The position numbers were made by a program, and so were the translations under genes. Below the pieces are notes generated by a model. The model made no database searches. It worked only from the letters and a program-made list of their open reading frames with translations, and had not been told where the DNA came from. A stretch of 62,021 bases of DNA from a virus (Duplodnaviria; Caudoviricetes). The number at the start of each line of letters is the position of its first letter. Position 1 is the first letter of the stretch. The DNA lies in IMG/VR virus record IMGVR_UViG_3300030109_004637, positions 1-62,021 of that record; one strand, 5' to 3'. Below, piece after piece: positions 54,701 through 62,021 of this stretch.

Positions 54701-57700
54701 TCCTTGTTTTTTAAATTTAATTTTATCTATTGGTATTACAAAACCGGAAAATATACCTCCCATAGAAGCTTTAATTTCTATTCTACTAGAATATAATTGC
54801 TCACCTTCTTTTACTACTTCATATTCAATATCACCTTTTATAGGATTGTTTGATGCTGTTGGATTATTTAGTACATTAATCTTTATATCAGGACTATCTC
54901 TATTAAATATATTAGCAGATGACATAAACTGCTCATGAACATACTTTTCAGTAACATTACCATTTCTTTGCCCTGCGTTATCTAATAATTTATTATTGTA
55001 TGCTAAATCTAAAATAAATGCTTTATTAAAATCACTTAAATTATTTAAGTATTTTAATTTATCTGTTGCTTCGGTAAATCCTTTAGCTTGTTTCTTTAAT
55101 TGAGCTAAACTTGTTTTAGATATATCTTTTATTATTTCATCATCTGTTAGTTGACTTAAATTAATCCTATGATAATTTTTATCTTTAGTAAATATATTTT
55201 TTAATATATTTTCTTTGTCTATATCTTCCCAACTTTCGTTATTAACATATATTAGTTTACCTTCTTCATCTAATTGTCTAAATTGTTCAAGTTCATTTAA
55301 AATTTCAACAGCGTCTTGATTATTTATATTATATTTTCTTATATCTCTTTGTAATTGTTTATTTAAATCACCGATTGTTTGATCAACTTTAGCATCTGTT
55401 AGTAAATTTTGATTATTAGCAAATGCAGATATTATACTAAATTCATCGCTTTCATTAAGCTCTTTAATTTGTTGTTTCTTTTTATCAGGTGTAATATCAT
55501 CATTTGATATTTTATTTAACTTTGCTGAATATTCATCAAATTTGTTAACTTCTTCTTGAAATAATTCATAGTTTATTTCACCAGATATTTCTCTCCACAA
55601 AGGTTCATTTTTCATTTGTGGCCAAGCTTTTGGACCTGATTTAAAATGATTAATCCATTGTTCATCAGATATATCAATTTTTCTTCTAAGTCTTTGTCTT
55701 CCAGTAGTATTACCTTGTAATTCAGCTACATCTTTATCACTTCTAATAAAATCAATATTACCTGGTTTAGTACCAACTACTTGATTAGGCTTCCAATCAG
55801 TAGTAAAATTACCGGTAGGATTACCCTGACTATCAACGCCAGTTATAACAAATTTTTCTATTGCAAAAGGAAAAGCTTTAGCTAAGTAAGTTGTAGTTAA
55901 ACCTTCTATTATTGATTTTTTATTATCTAATAAAAACTTTTCATAGGATTTTTTATTATCTTTTTTAGGCCAATTCATGGCATTTTTAATTAATACCCAA
56001 GAATCAGTTACTTTAACTTTAGATTTTACTTTAGTTTTACCTGCTTTACTTTTAACAACATTACCTTTTTCATCTCTTACTATTTCAAACCATCTACCTG
56101 TTGCTTGTTCTTTTAAATAAGCTAAAAAAGAATCTTTATCAAACTCAAATAAAGCCTTATTGTTTTTAACAATGTTAAGCAATATATTTTTTAATCCTGA
56201 TATAGTAGTTTTATCTTCAAATTTTACAGCATCTTTAAGTGGTTTTCTAGTTTTACCTAACTCACCTCTTCTACTTATTATTTTTTCTTGCTCTGTTTTT
56301 TCTCTTTGTTTTGTTTCTTCAACTGTTTCTTGTATAGAAGTATCTGGTACTTGAGCTGTTATTGTTTGACCTTCTTTAGCATCTATTTCTTTATCTCTTG
56401 ATACAGTTTTAACTTGCCTCATTTCAGCACCAATAATATCACCTATTATGAGACTTAATTTTCCTCTAAATGCTGTTTGATCTTGTTTGCTACCACCAAT
56501 TAAATAACCACCAAGTCCTGCTGGATTAGTAGGATCATAAGCTGTAAGAAGATTTTCTACAACTTTATCATTTACTTTTTGAATTAAATCAGGAGTTGGA
56601 GTTACACCTCTTCTGTTTAGTTCATTTTTTATAGAACCATCAAGTATACCATCAACACTTATAGCTGTAAATGCATCTGCTATATCTCCTGATTTCCAAC
56701 TTTCTTTAGTTGAATTTTCAGGTACTAATTCATTTAATGTTTGTACTATTCTACTTTTACGTGGTTCTTCTTTATCTGTTATAACAGCTGCTCTAGGTTT
56801 TTGAGGCAAAATAACATTTTCATCTGTACCTCTTGATGCTTTATTAAATCTTTTAACAAAGTTATAAACTTTTGCTCCTTCAGATTTTTTAATTGCAAAA
56901 GAAGAAGGCAATACTTTATTAACGATATTTACAAGATTATCTACTAATGCAATATCTGTACTCATATCTTTATTAGTAAATACATCAGATAAAACATTCA
57001 TTGCCTCTTCAAAATAAGCAGGATCTTTTACTCCATTTTCATCAACGTAGTCATTTTCTAATCTTTGTTCTATTGTAGCTGCTAAATCTGGATTTGATTT
57101 TCTTAAAAATTGTAATAATGATTCTCCAAATCTGTTTGCCTCAGAGTTATCACCATTAGTAATTCTTTTAATTAAACCATGTAATATTTCGTGATGACCA
57201 ACTCCAATGCTTGCGGTTTGTATTGATCTATTTTTATCAATAACTAATGTATTATCTGATAAAGCTTCACCTGAAGATTTGCTTTTAATAAAATCATCAA
57301 CAACATTTTTTTGATTTTTATTTAGTTTTTTGTATGAATCTTTTTTAAATACTTTTACAGCAAACTCATCTTTATTATCTGTTTGTTCAAGCTCAATGAG
57401 TTGCATATCAAGACCAGGATACTTTTCATTTAAAAAATTAATGTAATTTTTAGCTGATTTTATTTCTGTATCATATTGTCCTTTTAATCTTTCAATAAGA
57501 TAATTATTTTTAGCCGCTTTTTCTATTTCATCTTTAGTTTTATTTTTAGGATCTTTTTTTGCTTCTTTATTTCTTTCGCGTTTTTCTTTGCTAGATAAAT
57601 TATCCCATTCATTTAAAATTGTGTTAACAAAAGTAGAATTTACAGCAAGTCTGGCTATTGTATTTTGTTTAATAAACTCTTTTTCATCAATTGATATTGA

Positions 57701-60379
57701 CTTTGCTTTTCTACCTCTTCTTGTATCAGGAGTTGCTAATTCATCTTTAACAGCTACAGCTTGATTAACTTTTAGTTTAGCTTTTTCTATTAATTTTTTA
57801 CCTTCAGATGGTGTTAAAGTACCAAGACTAACATCTCTATTAACTTGTTGTGCATACAATAAATTTTTTCTAATTATTTTATTTTGATTACCTATTTCTA
57901 TTAAATCTTCTTTTGTTATTCTTCCTTCTCTAATATCTTTTAGTAATCTTTGCTCTAATTGCTTGTTTTCCATTACAAGCTCATTAACTAGCTCTTGAAC
58001 TCTTGGAGGTAAATCTTCTAATTTACTACCAAGAGGTATCAACTCTGATATTTCTTTTTGTATTTCTTGTGATCTTTTAGCTAAAGCACTTGATCTATTT
58101 TCTAAAAATATAGCTCTATTTACTATACTAAGTCCACCATAAGAACCTAAACCTATACCAGGTATAAGTGCTTGCATGGCAACCTCATCAAGATCTTCAA
58201 AAATATTTACGTCTTTTTCTAATAAATATTTTTCACCTAACTTAACAAAAAATTCTGTAAAAACTTCGCTAGTTGGATCACCAACAACTCCACGAGCAAG
58301 AGCTGCTCCTGCTGCTTTAAATGCTTTATTAATATCTTGAATATTTTGAGATTTTGCAGCGTGTTTAAAAGATTTTAAAATAGAAACACCACCAATAGCA
58401 GCTTCCCAAAAAATTGCTTGTGTAAAAGCATTTGTCTCTTGACTTAGTAATTGCGCTTCAGATAAACTTAATTTTTTAAAATCTTCATCTATTTGTTTTT
58501 GTATAGCTTCTCTTTGTAAGTTATTATTGGTATTATTTAGTAAATCAATATTGGCACTAATTCTTTTTTTAGCACTGATTTCACCTAAATGAGCTTGAAC
58601 TCCTTGATCTCCTGCTTCTAATAATCCAAACAATGGTAAAGAATAATAACCTCCACCAGCTGCTAAACCAATTGAAAAAGCACCATTAAGAGATGCAGTA
58701 GCAAGCCAAGCTAATTGATCATCACTTGTTTTTGCTTCACTCCACTTAGGAGAATATTGAAATAAAGATAATTCATCATTAATATCCTTATTTAATAAAG
58801 CGGCAGCTTCTATAGAGTTTCTTTGCTGTGATATACTTGGTTGTCTTTCTACGGTAATAACGTTACCAGCCTCATCTACGTCAAAACCTATTGTTGGTTC
58901 AGCACTTGTTCTTGCTCCAGTCATAGTAGTTTTTAAACTTGGTATAATTGTACCAACTGAGTCAAAAATAACTCTACCTACATTTGCTGCTTCATATAAA
59001 ATATTAGATGCTCCACTTTTAATTATACTAGAAAATTGTTCTAATCTATCATAATTTTTACCGGCATGTTCTAAGGCTAAATCTGCATATTTTATTTTTT
59101 TATTAAAATCATCAACATCTTCAATAAATTTTTTATCTAAAAATTTAATTTTTTCTTGATCACGCATTATGTTATTAAACGTAGATAAAATATCTTTAGC
59201 TTGAGCATTACGTTGATCTAACTCTTGTTGATCGTTAAACTTATAGTTTTCAGGATATTTTTCAGCAAATTCATTAATTGTTTTATTAAAAGAATTGTAT
59301 TTGTTTTCAATTTTTAATTTATATTTTTTAATATTAGCATCTGCATCTATAAGTCTATCTGGCTCTTGATTAAGCAAAGAATATTCTATAGCTTCAGCAT
59401 AACCTCTTTGCTTATCATTTAAGTTTCTAAATATACCACTAGCTACTCTATCTTTATTTACAAGATAGTTATCTTGAATATATTTATTTACTTCTTCTTC
59501 TGTATAGTCATCTTCAAAATGTTCTCCCTTTAACCATAGTTTATATTTATTTTTTTCTTTATCTGTTAGCATTGGATCTTCAGGTTTACGTCCTGGAGCT
59601 CCGTATCCAAATGTTACTGGAGAATAGTTTTCAAAAAACTTTTGATCTTCAAATTTATCTTCAAGATCTTTATCCATCATATCTTTAGCTTTATCAGGTG
59701 TTAACCTAATCTCACTTATAGTATTAGCAAAATTGTCAGCAAACTCTGGCATTTCTTTTTTTGCTTTTAAAATATAATCTATATCAGCGTTTTCAAATAT
59801 AAAATTATTAATTCTTGATAACTCATTTTGATTAAATTCTTTATCACTATCAACATCAAAAGTAATTGATTTAGATGGAGTTGATAATCTTTGGGGTACA
59901 GGACCAGAAAAGCCAAATCCTCCAGTTTGTGATCTTTTTTTAGTAGATATAGTTATAGATTCACCGATGCCGGTTTGCTCAACATCAAAGCCATAATAGC
60001 TTAACTTTGAACTTAATTTTTCTTCAAAACTCTTTTCAGATAATTTTAAATTTTCATCTTTTATATAAAATTTTAATTCACGTCTAAGATCTTCTCTTGA
60101 TTTTTTATCAGTTGTTAAAACATCTACAAAATCTTTATCACTTGCATTTACTAACTCATAATTACTAAATCTTGATTTAAAAGTATCTAAGTCATTAGCA
60201 TTAACTTTTACTTTATTTCCAGTTTTAGGTGAAATAAAGTCTAACATTATTGGTTCTTCTTTTTCTTCTTCAGATTTTAATTTTGCATCAGGAAATCTTT
60301 TTAAAAAACTATCAACAGAAGATTCATTAACTTTTACTTCATTACCACCACTAAGTATATAAATAAATTCTTTATCCAT
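51767..60379 (-). CDS. Giant ejection/polyvalent virion protein
   Basis: 2870 aa; hydrophobic helices near the N- and C-termini, HHEILH zincin motif, PD-(D/E)XK-like insert. Confidence 0.7.
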   Translation of the reverse strand: MDKEFIYILSGGNEVKVNESSVDSFLKRFPDAKLKSEEEKEEPIMLDFISPKTGNKVKVNANDLDTFKSRFSNYELVNASDKDFVDVLTTDKKSREDLRRELKFYIKDENLKLSEKSFEEKLSSKLSYYGFDVEQTGIGESITISTKKRSQTGGFGFSGPVPQRLSTPSKSITFDVDSDKEFNQNELSRINNFIFENADIDYILKAKKEMPEFADNFANTISEIRLTPDKAKDMMDKDLEDKFEDQKFFENYSPVTFGYGAPGRKPEDPMLTDKEKNKYKLWLKGEHFEDDYTEEEVNKYIQDNYLVNKDRVASGIFRNLNDKQRGYAEAIEYSLLNQEPDRLIDADANIKKYKLKIENKYNSFNKTINEFAEKYPENYKFNDQQELDQRNAQAKDILSTFNNIMRDQEKIKFLDKKFIEDVDDFNKKIKYADLALEHAGKNYDRLEQFSSIIKSGASNILYEAANVGRVIFDSVGTIIPSLKTTMTGARTSAEPTIGFDVDEAGNVITVERQPSISQQRNSIEAAALLNKDINDELSLFQYSPKWSEAKTSDDQLAWLATASLNGAFSIGLAAGGGYYSLPLFGLLEAGDQGVQAHLGEISAKKRISANIDLLNNTNNNLQREAIQKQIDEDFKKLSLSEAQLLSQETNAFTQAIFWEAAIGGVSILKSFKHAAKSQNIQDINKAFKAAGAALARGVVGDPTSEVFTEFFVKLGEKYLLEKDVNIFEDLDEVAMQALIPGIGLGSYGGLSIVNRAIFLENRSSALAKRSQEIQKEISELIPLGSKLEDLPPRVQELVNELVMENKQLEQRLLKDIREGRITKEDLIEIGNQNKIIRKNLLYAQQVNRDVSLGTLTPSEGKKLIEKAKLKVNQAVAVKDELATPDTRRGRKAKSISIDEKEFIKQNTIARLAVNSTFVNTILNEWDNLSSKEKRERNKEAKKDPKNKTKDEIEKAAKNNYLIERLKGQYDTEIKSAKNYINFLNEKYPGLDMQLIELEQTDNKDEFAVKVFKKDSYKKLNKNQKNVVDDFIKSKSSGEALSDNTLVIDKNRSIQTASIGVGHHEILHGLIKRITNGDNSEANRFGESLLQFLRKSNPDLAATIEQRLENDYVDENGVKDPAYFEEAMNVLSDVFTNKDMSTDIALVDNLVNIVNKVLPSSFAIKKSEGAKVYNFVKRFNKASRGTDENVILPQKPRAAVITDKEEPRKSRIVQTLNELVPENSTKESWKSGDIADAFTAISVDGILDGSIKNELNRRGVTPTPDLIQKVNDKVVENLLTAYDPTNPAGLGGYLIGGSKQDQTAFRGKLSLIIGDIIGAEMRQVKTVSRDKEIDAKEGQTITAQVPDTSIQETVEETKQREKTEQEKIISRRGELGKTRKPLKDAVKFEDKTTISGLKNILLNIVKNNKALFEFDKDSFLAYLKEQATGRWFEIVRDEKGNVVKSKAGKTKVKSKVKVTDSWVLIKNAMNWPKKDNKKSYEKFLLDNKKSIIEGLTTTYLAKAFPFAIEKFVITGVDSQGNPTGNFTTDWKPNQVVGTKPGNIDFIRSDKDVAELQGNTTGRQRLRRKIDISDEQWINHFKSGPKAWPQMKNEPLWREISGEINYELFQEEVNKFDEYSAKLNKISNDDITPDKKKQQIKELNESDEFSIISAFANNQNLLTDAKVDQTIGDLNKQLQRDIRKYNINNQDAVEILNELEQFRQLDEEGKLIYVNNESWEDIDKENILKNIFTKDKNYHRINLSQLTDDEIIKDISKTSLAQLKKQAKGFTEATDKLKYLNNLSDFNKAFILDLAYNNKLLDNAGQRNGNVTEKYVHEQFMSSANIFNRDSPDIKINVLNNPTASNNPIKGDIEYEVVKEGEQLYSSRIEIKASMGGIFSGFVIPIDKIKFKKQGNKFVLDETLLKGVKGEKIEIKDKNGDVISEEIINEFIENKEYWENIFNQYHDNLPQQYKNTKLDKTGEVLNKKKDFYGTFRGDFHTDALQKALENAGKTLIIKDTPNQNETDELIRRVYEGVKLIVPNGKDLYAFDTNFFNGLIPLFAAKDNKPFKGTRNLSIKRSGSRDVKVPFKKGTKFVLPTPTVKTSRVYVKIDLRISNRKDLQQSQESLSKKETQEKIRRNGNNRHYPKRSKQAEDASAVFNKIIEQNKGIAADDNLSQTLARQKGRDIGKYDFFLPASADDFMGLMYSFLGEGKLGDQQKEFFEEMLNRPYKRGIASIDSAKQKIEDEYKVLKRKFPEVSKKLGKKIPGSDFTYDQAIRVYLWKYNAKANETNLDILGLSNSEINSLFFTVANDQKLQRFARGLGVITGLPEGYLKPTPDWSFETVASDINNVIEKVGRKKFLSEFIENRKIIFSKENLNKIEAIYGTRFREALEDSLYAMENGTSRNFGNNRVANEFANWLNSSTGVTMFINMRSASLQLISSINYLNWSDNNFLQAAKAFANQKQFWADFEMIVMSDKLKQRRKGLNIDVQAAELASSVATSKSKYKSALRYLLRIGFTPTQAADAIAISFGGASFYRNRVNTYLSKGFNKKEAETKAFEDFSEETDSAQQSADPSRLSQEQRNPVARFFLTYQNVALQYNRRIKKSILDLINKRGDGVRSFKEGAWKTHISKIIYYGIVQNLIFNAAQSALFTLLYDDDDETSEEEKRKIIRVANGMSDTILRGLGYKGAIVATLKNVILKYYEQEKKGPFKADHFYTAIEIANVAPTIGSKFRKIYKAHNINYYDRDIIAVKGYEFDSPRYEVYGNLVSAFFNIPVDRAITKIKNLRLANESYVKSWQKIALIAGWPGWSLNLENEEHEKIKAEGAKTRKRLGVEKAKETRARNIAKKKAEEKAYIEKMTEGMDYMEEGNWIREYLKQKKLEKNKNK

Positions 60380-60408
60380 ATTTTTTTTATTAATGTTATC
60401 TCAAGTAT

Positions 60409-61968
60409 TTAATTTAAACTTTGTAAATAATTATACTCAGGTGTACCTTGTTTTATAGAATCTTCAGATACAAATTTTTCATCGGGTTCTCCTAATTTTT
60501 TTATAAAAACAACATCATTTTCATATTTAATTACAAATTTATCACCTTTATTTCCACCAGTGTCACCAGTGTTACTAAAATCAATTTCAATATTTTGAAC
60601 ATTTTGTTCATTAATACCAACAGCGCCTATATTAAGATTAAGTAATGCATTTGATAGACTAAATTTAAGATCTTTAATAGTTTCTAAATTTATGCCACCT
60701 ATAGGCATTTGAGCGGTTTTTTGAGTAGCTGTATCAAATTTTCCTTGTTTTATTACAATTATTTTACCATCATCTGAAAGTTCAAAATTTATATTTTTAC
60801 CAGCAAAACTATTGTTAATATTATCAACAAGTAATTTTGGATTAACTTTTCCATCTTCATTCATTGAATTTTTAATTATAACTTCAACAGCTTTTTTAAG
60901 ATTATCTTGATTAAATTCAAATTCTCTAGATCTTAAGGTATCATCTCCTGCAGGTTTAATGTAATATCCTCCATGATATAAAGTTGCTGCTCTACCTAAT
61001 TGACCTTGCTTATCATTTACACCATCACCTACTAAATAATTAATAGCTGCTGTTTTTGCTTCAACAATTTCTTCTGGTGTTTTAGCTTGTTGTATTGCTA
61101 GAAGTATTTGTTGTTGAACTTCATCATCTTTTGGATTATAACCTTCTAGTATTTGCTCTGATAACATTGTTTTTATTTGATTTAAACTATTTGGTCCTGT
61201 TTTTTCTAATTGTTTTCTTAAATTAAATAAATCTGCATTTAAATCATTTAATACTTGACCTTCTAGTTCAACTCCATTTACAGCTAACTGTTTAAGATTT
61301 GCAGCTATACCACTATAAACATTCATAATAGAAGTATCTGGTAATACAGCTAAATTTTCTACAACTTCATCTTGATTTAAAACTTTTCCATCACCAAAAT
61401 CTAATAGTATTTTATTATCTTTAAAAACTAAATTATAATCACCTTCTTTTACTCTTGCAGTAAAATCTTTAACTTCATCAGTGTTGTGCGTAGCTAGTAA
61501 ACTTAAATCTATTGCAGAAACACCACCTTCAAGCTCATTTAAATTGTCTATTTGATTAGCAAAAAACTGCATTTCAGTTGCCATAGATGTTAGTTCTTTA
61601 GTTGCTTGTTGATATTCACTTGAACCTGGCGATGAAGTTTCAATTATTCTTGTTAGTTCTTTTGCTTTTTCTCTTCTAGGTCCATAAAAATCCCTAACAA
61701 GATTTAATTGATCTTGAGTAGTCGCTCTACCTGCAATTAATAATTCGTTTTGCATGGCTTGTTTATCAGCCGCGCGCATTCTAATATCTAACTTTTCTTG
61801 CTTAATAGCTTCTTCTTTTTCTTTTGCAAGTTTTAGCTCCCTTCTTTTATTAATTCCAGCAGCAACTTTGCCACCAAAGTCAGCAAGACTTTCATCCATT
61901 TTAAAGTCAATTATATTATTTTTATATGCTTGACTTACACTTCTTATTAAACCTGCATCTGCTGCCAT
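60409..61968 (-). CDS. Putative internal virion/ejection protein
   Basis: 519 aa helical; lies between the 351 aa and 2870 aa genes; its 5' end is duplicated at 1-116. Confidence 0.55.
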   Translation of the reverse strand: MAADAGLIRSVSQAYKNNIIDFKMDESLADFGGKVAAGINKRRELKLAKEKEEAIKQEKLDIRMRAADKQAMQNELLIAGRATTQDQLNLVRDFYGPRREKAKELTRIIETSSPGSSEYQQATKELTSMATEMQFFANQIDNLNELEGGVSAIDLSLLATHNTDEVKDFTARVKEGDYNLVFKDNKILLDFGDGKVLNQDEVVENLAVLPDTSIMNVYSGIAANLKQLAVNGVELEGQVLNDLNADLFNLRKQLEKTGPNSLNQIKTMLSEQILEGYNPKDDEVQQQILLAIQQAKTPEEIVEAKTAAINYLVGDGVNDKQGQLGRAATLYHGGYYIKPAGDDTLRSREFEFNQDNLKKAVEVIIKNSMNEDGKVNPKLLVDNINNSFAGKNINFELSDDGKIIVIKQGKFDTATQKTAQMPIGGINLETIKDLKFSLSNALLNLNIGAVGINEQNVQNIEIDFSNTGDTGGNKGDKFVIKYENDVVFIKKLGEPDEKFVSEDSIKQGTPEYNYLQSLN

Positions 61969-62021
61969 AATTTTATTTTTTTTATTTTTATTTTATTTAC
62001 CCTCGTGTGTAGCCTTCAAAA
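61853..62021. repeat. Terminal overlap (right copy) of circular assembly
   Basis: Near-identical to bases 1-165; one C/T substitution and a degraded last ~30 nt. Confidence 0.95.

Noticed and set aside
59845-59870. DVDSD in the 2870 aa protein as an RNA polymerase DxDxD motif
   Set aside because: Lacks the surrounding context (ADFDGD/DFDID) and lies in the N-terminal region
1-62021. Stop-codon reassignment, introns/inteins, diversity-generating retroelement or prophage integration
   Set aside because: Genes are intact under the standard code; terL, nrdA and the helicase have normal lengths; no reverse transcriptase, integrase or host flanks are seen

Overview
This window is an apparently complete, circularly assembled, AT-rich dsDNA phage genome of about 61.85 kb; bases 1-~165 repeat at 61853-62021. 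Gene content and the A-rich, Shine-Dalgarno-less leaders point to a podovirus-type phage of Bacteroidota (probably marine Flavobacteriia). That host assignment is an inference. The minus-strand late arm (48705-62021 joined to 1-30134) carries GroEL/GroES, terminase, portal, tail fibre, scaffold, major capsid, tail ring and tail proteins, three ejection-type proteins, lysis candidates and an operon of tiny basic proteins. The plus-strand early/middle arm (30547-48690) carries promoter-ORF cassettes, a thermonuclease, an aberrant tRNA, an HTH protein, a sigma factor, ERF, an exonuclease, SSB, a primase-helicase, a thymidylate-synthase-family enzyme, MazG-like proteins, an endonuclease and class Ia RNR. 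No DNA polymerase or integrase is recognisable. The most unusual signals are: (1) hidden ORFs in the +1 frame of core genes (terL, scaffold, nrdA, nrdB), each with a local codon-usage shift; (2) a class II tRNA body carrying an Asp-type AUC anticodon and U37; (3) three copies of a 47-48 bp dyad, one overlapping the start codon of the HTH gene; (4) eleven fixed-spacing early promoters unlike the host consensus; (5) a thymidylate-synthase homolog with the dCMP-specific Asp; (6) a mobile beta-rich domain inserted repeatedly, and nested within itself, in tail proteins. All functional calls come from motif reading only; no database searches were run.
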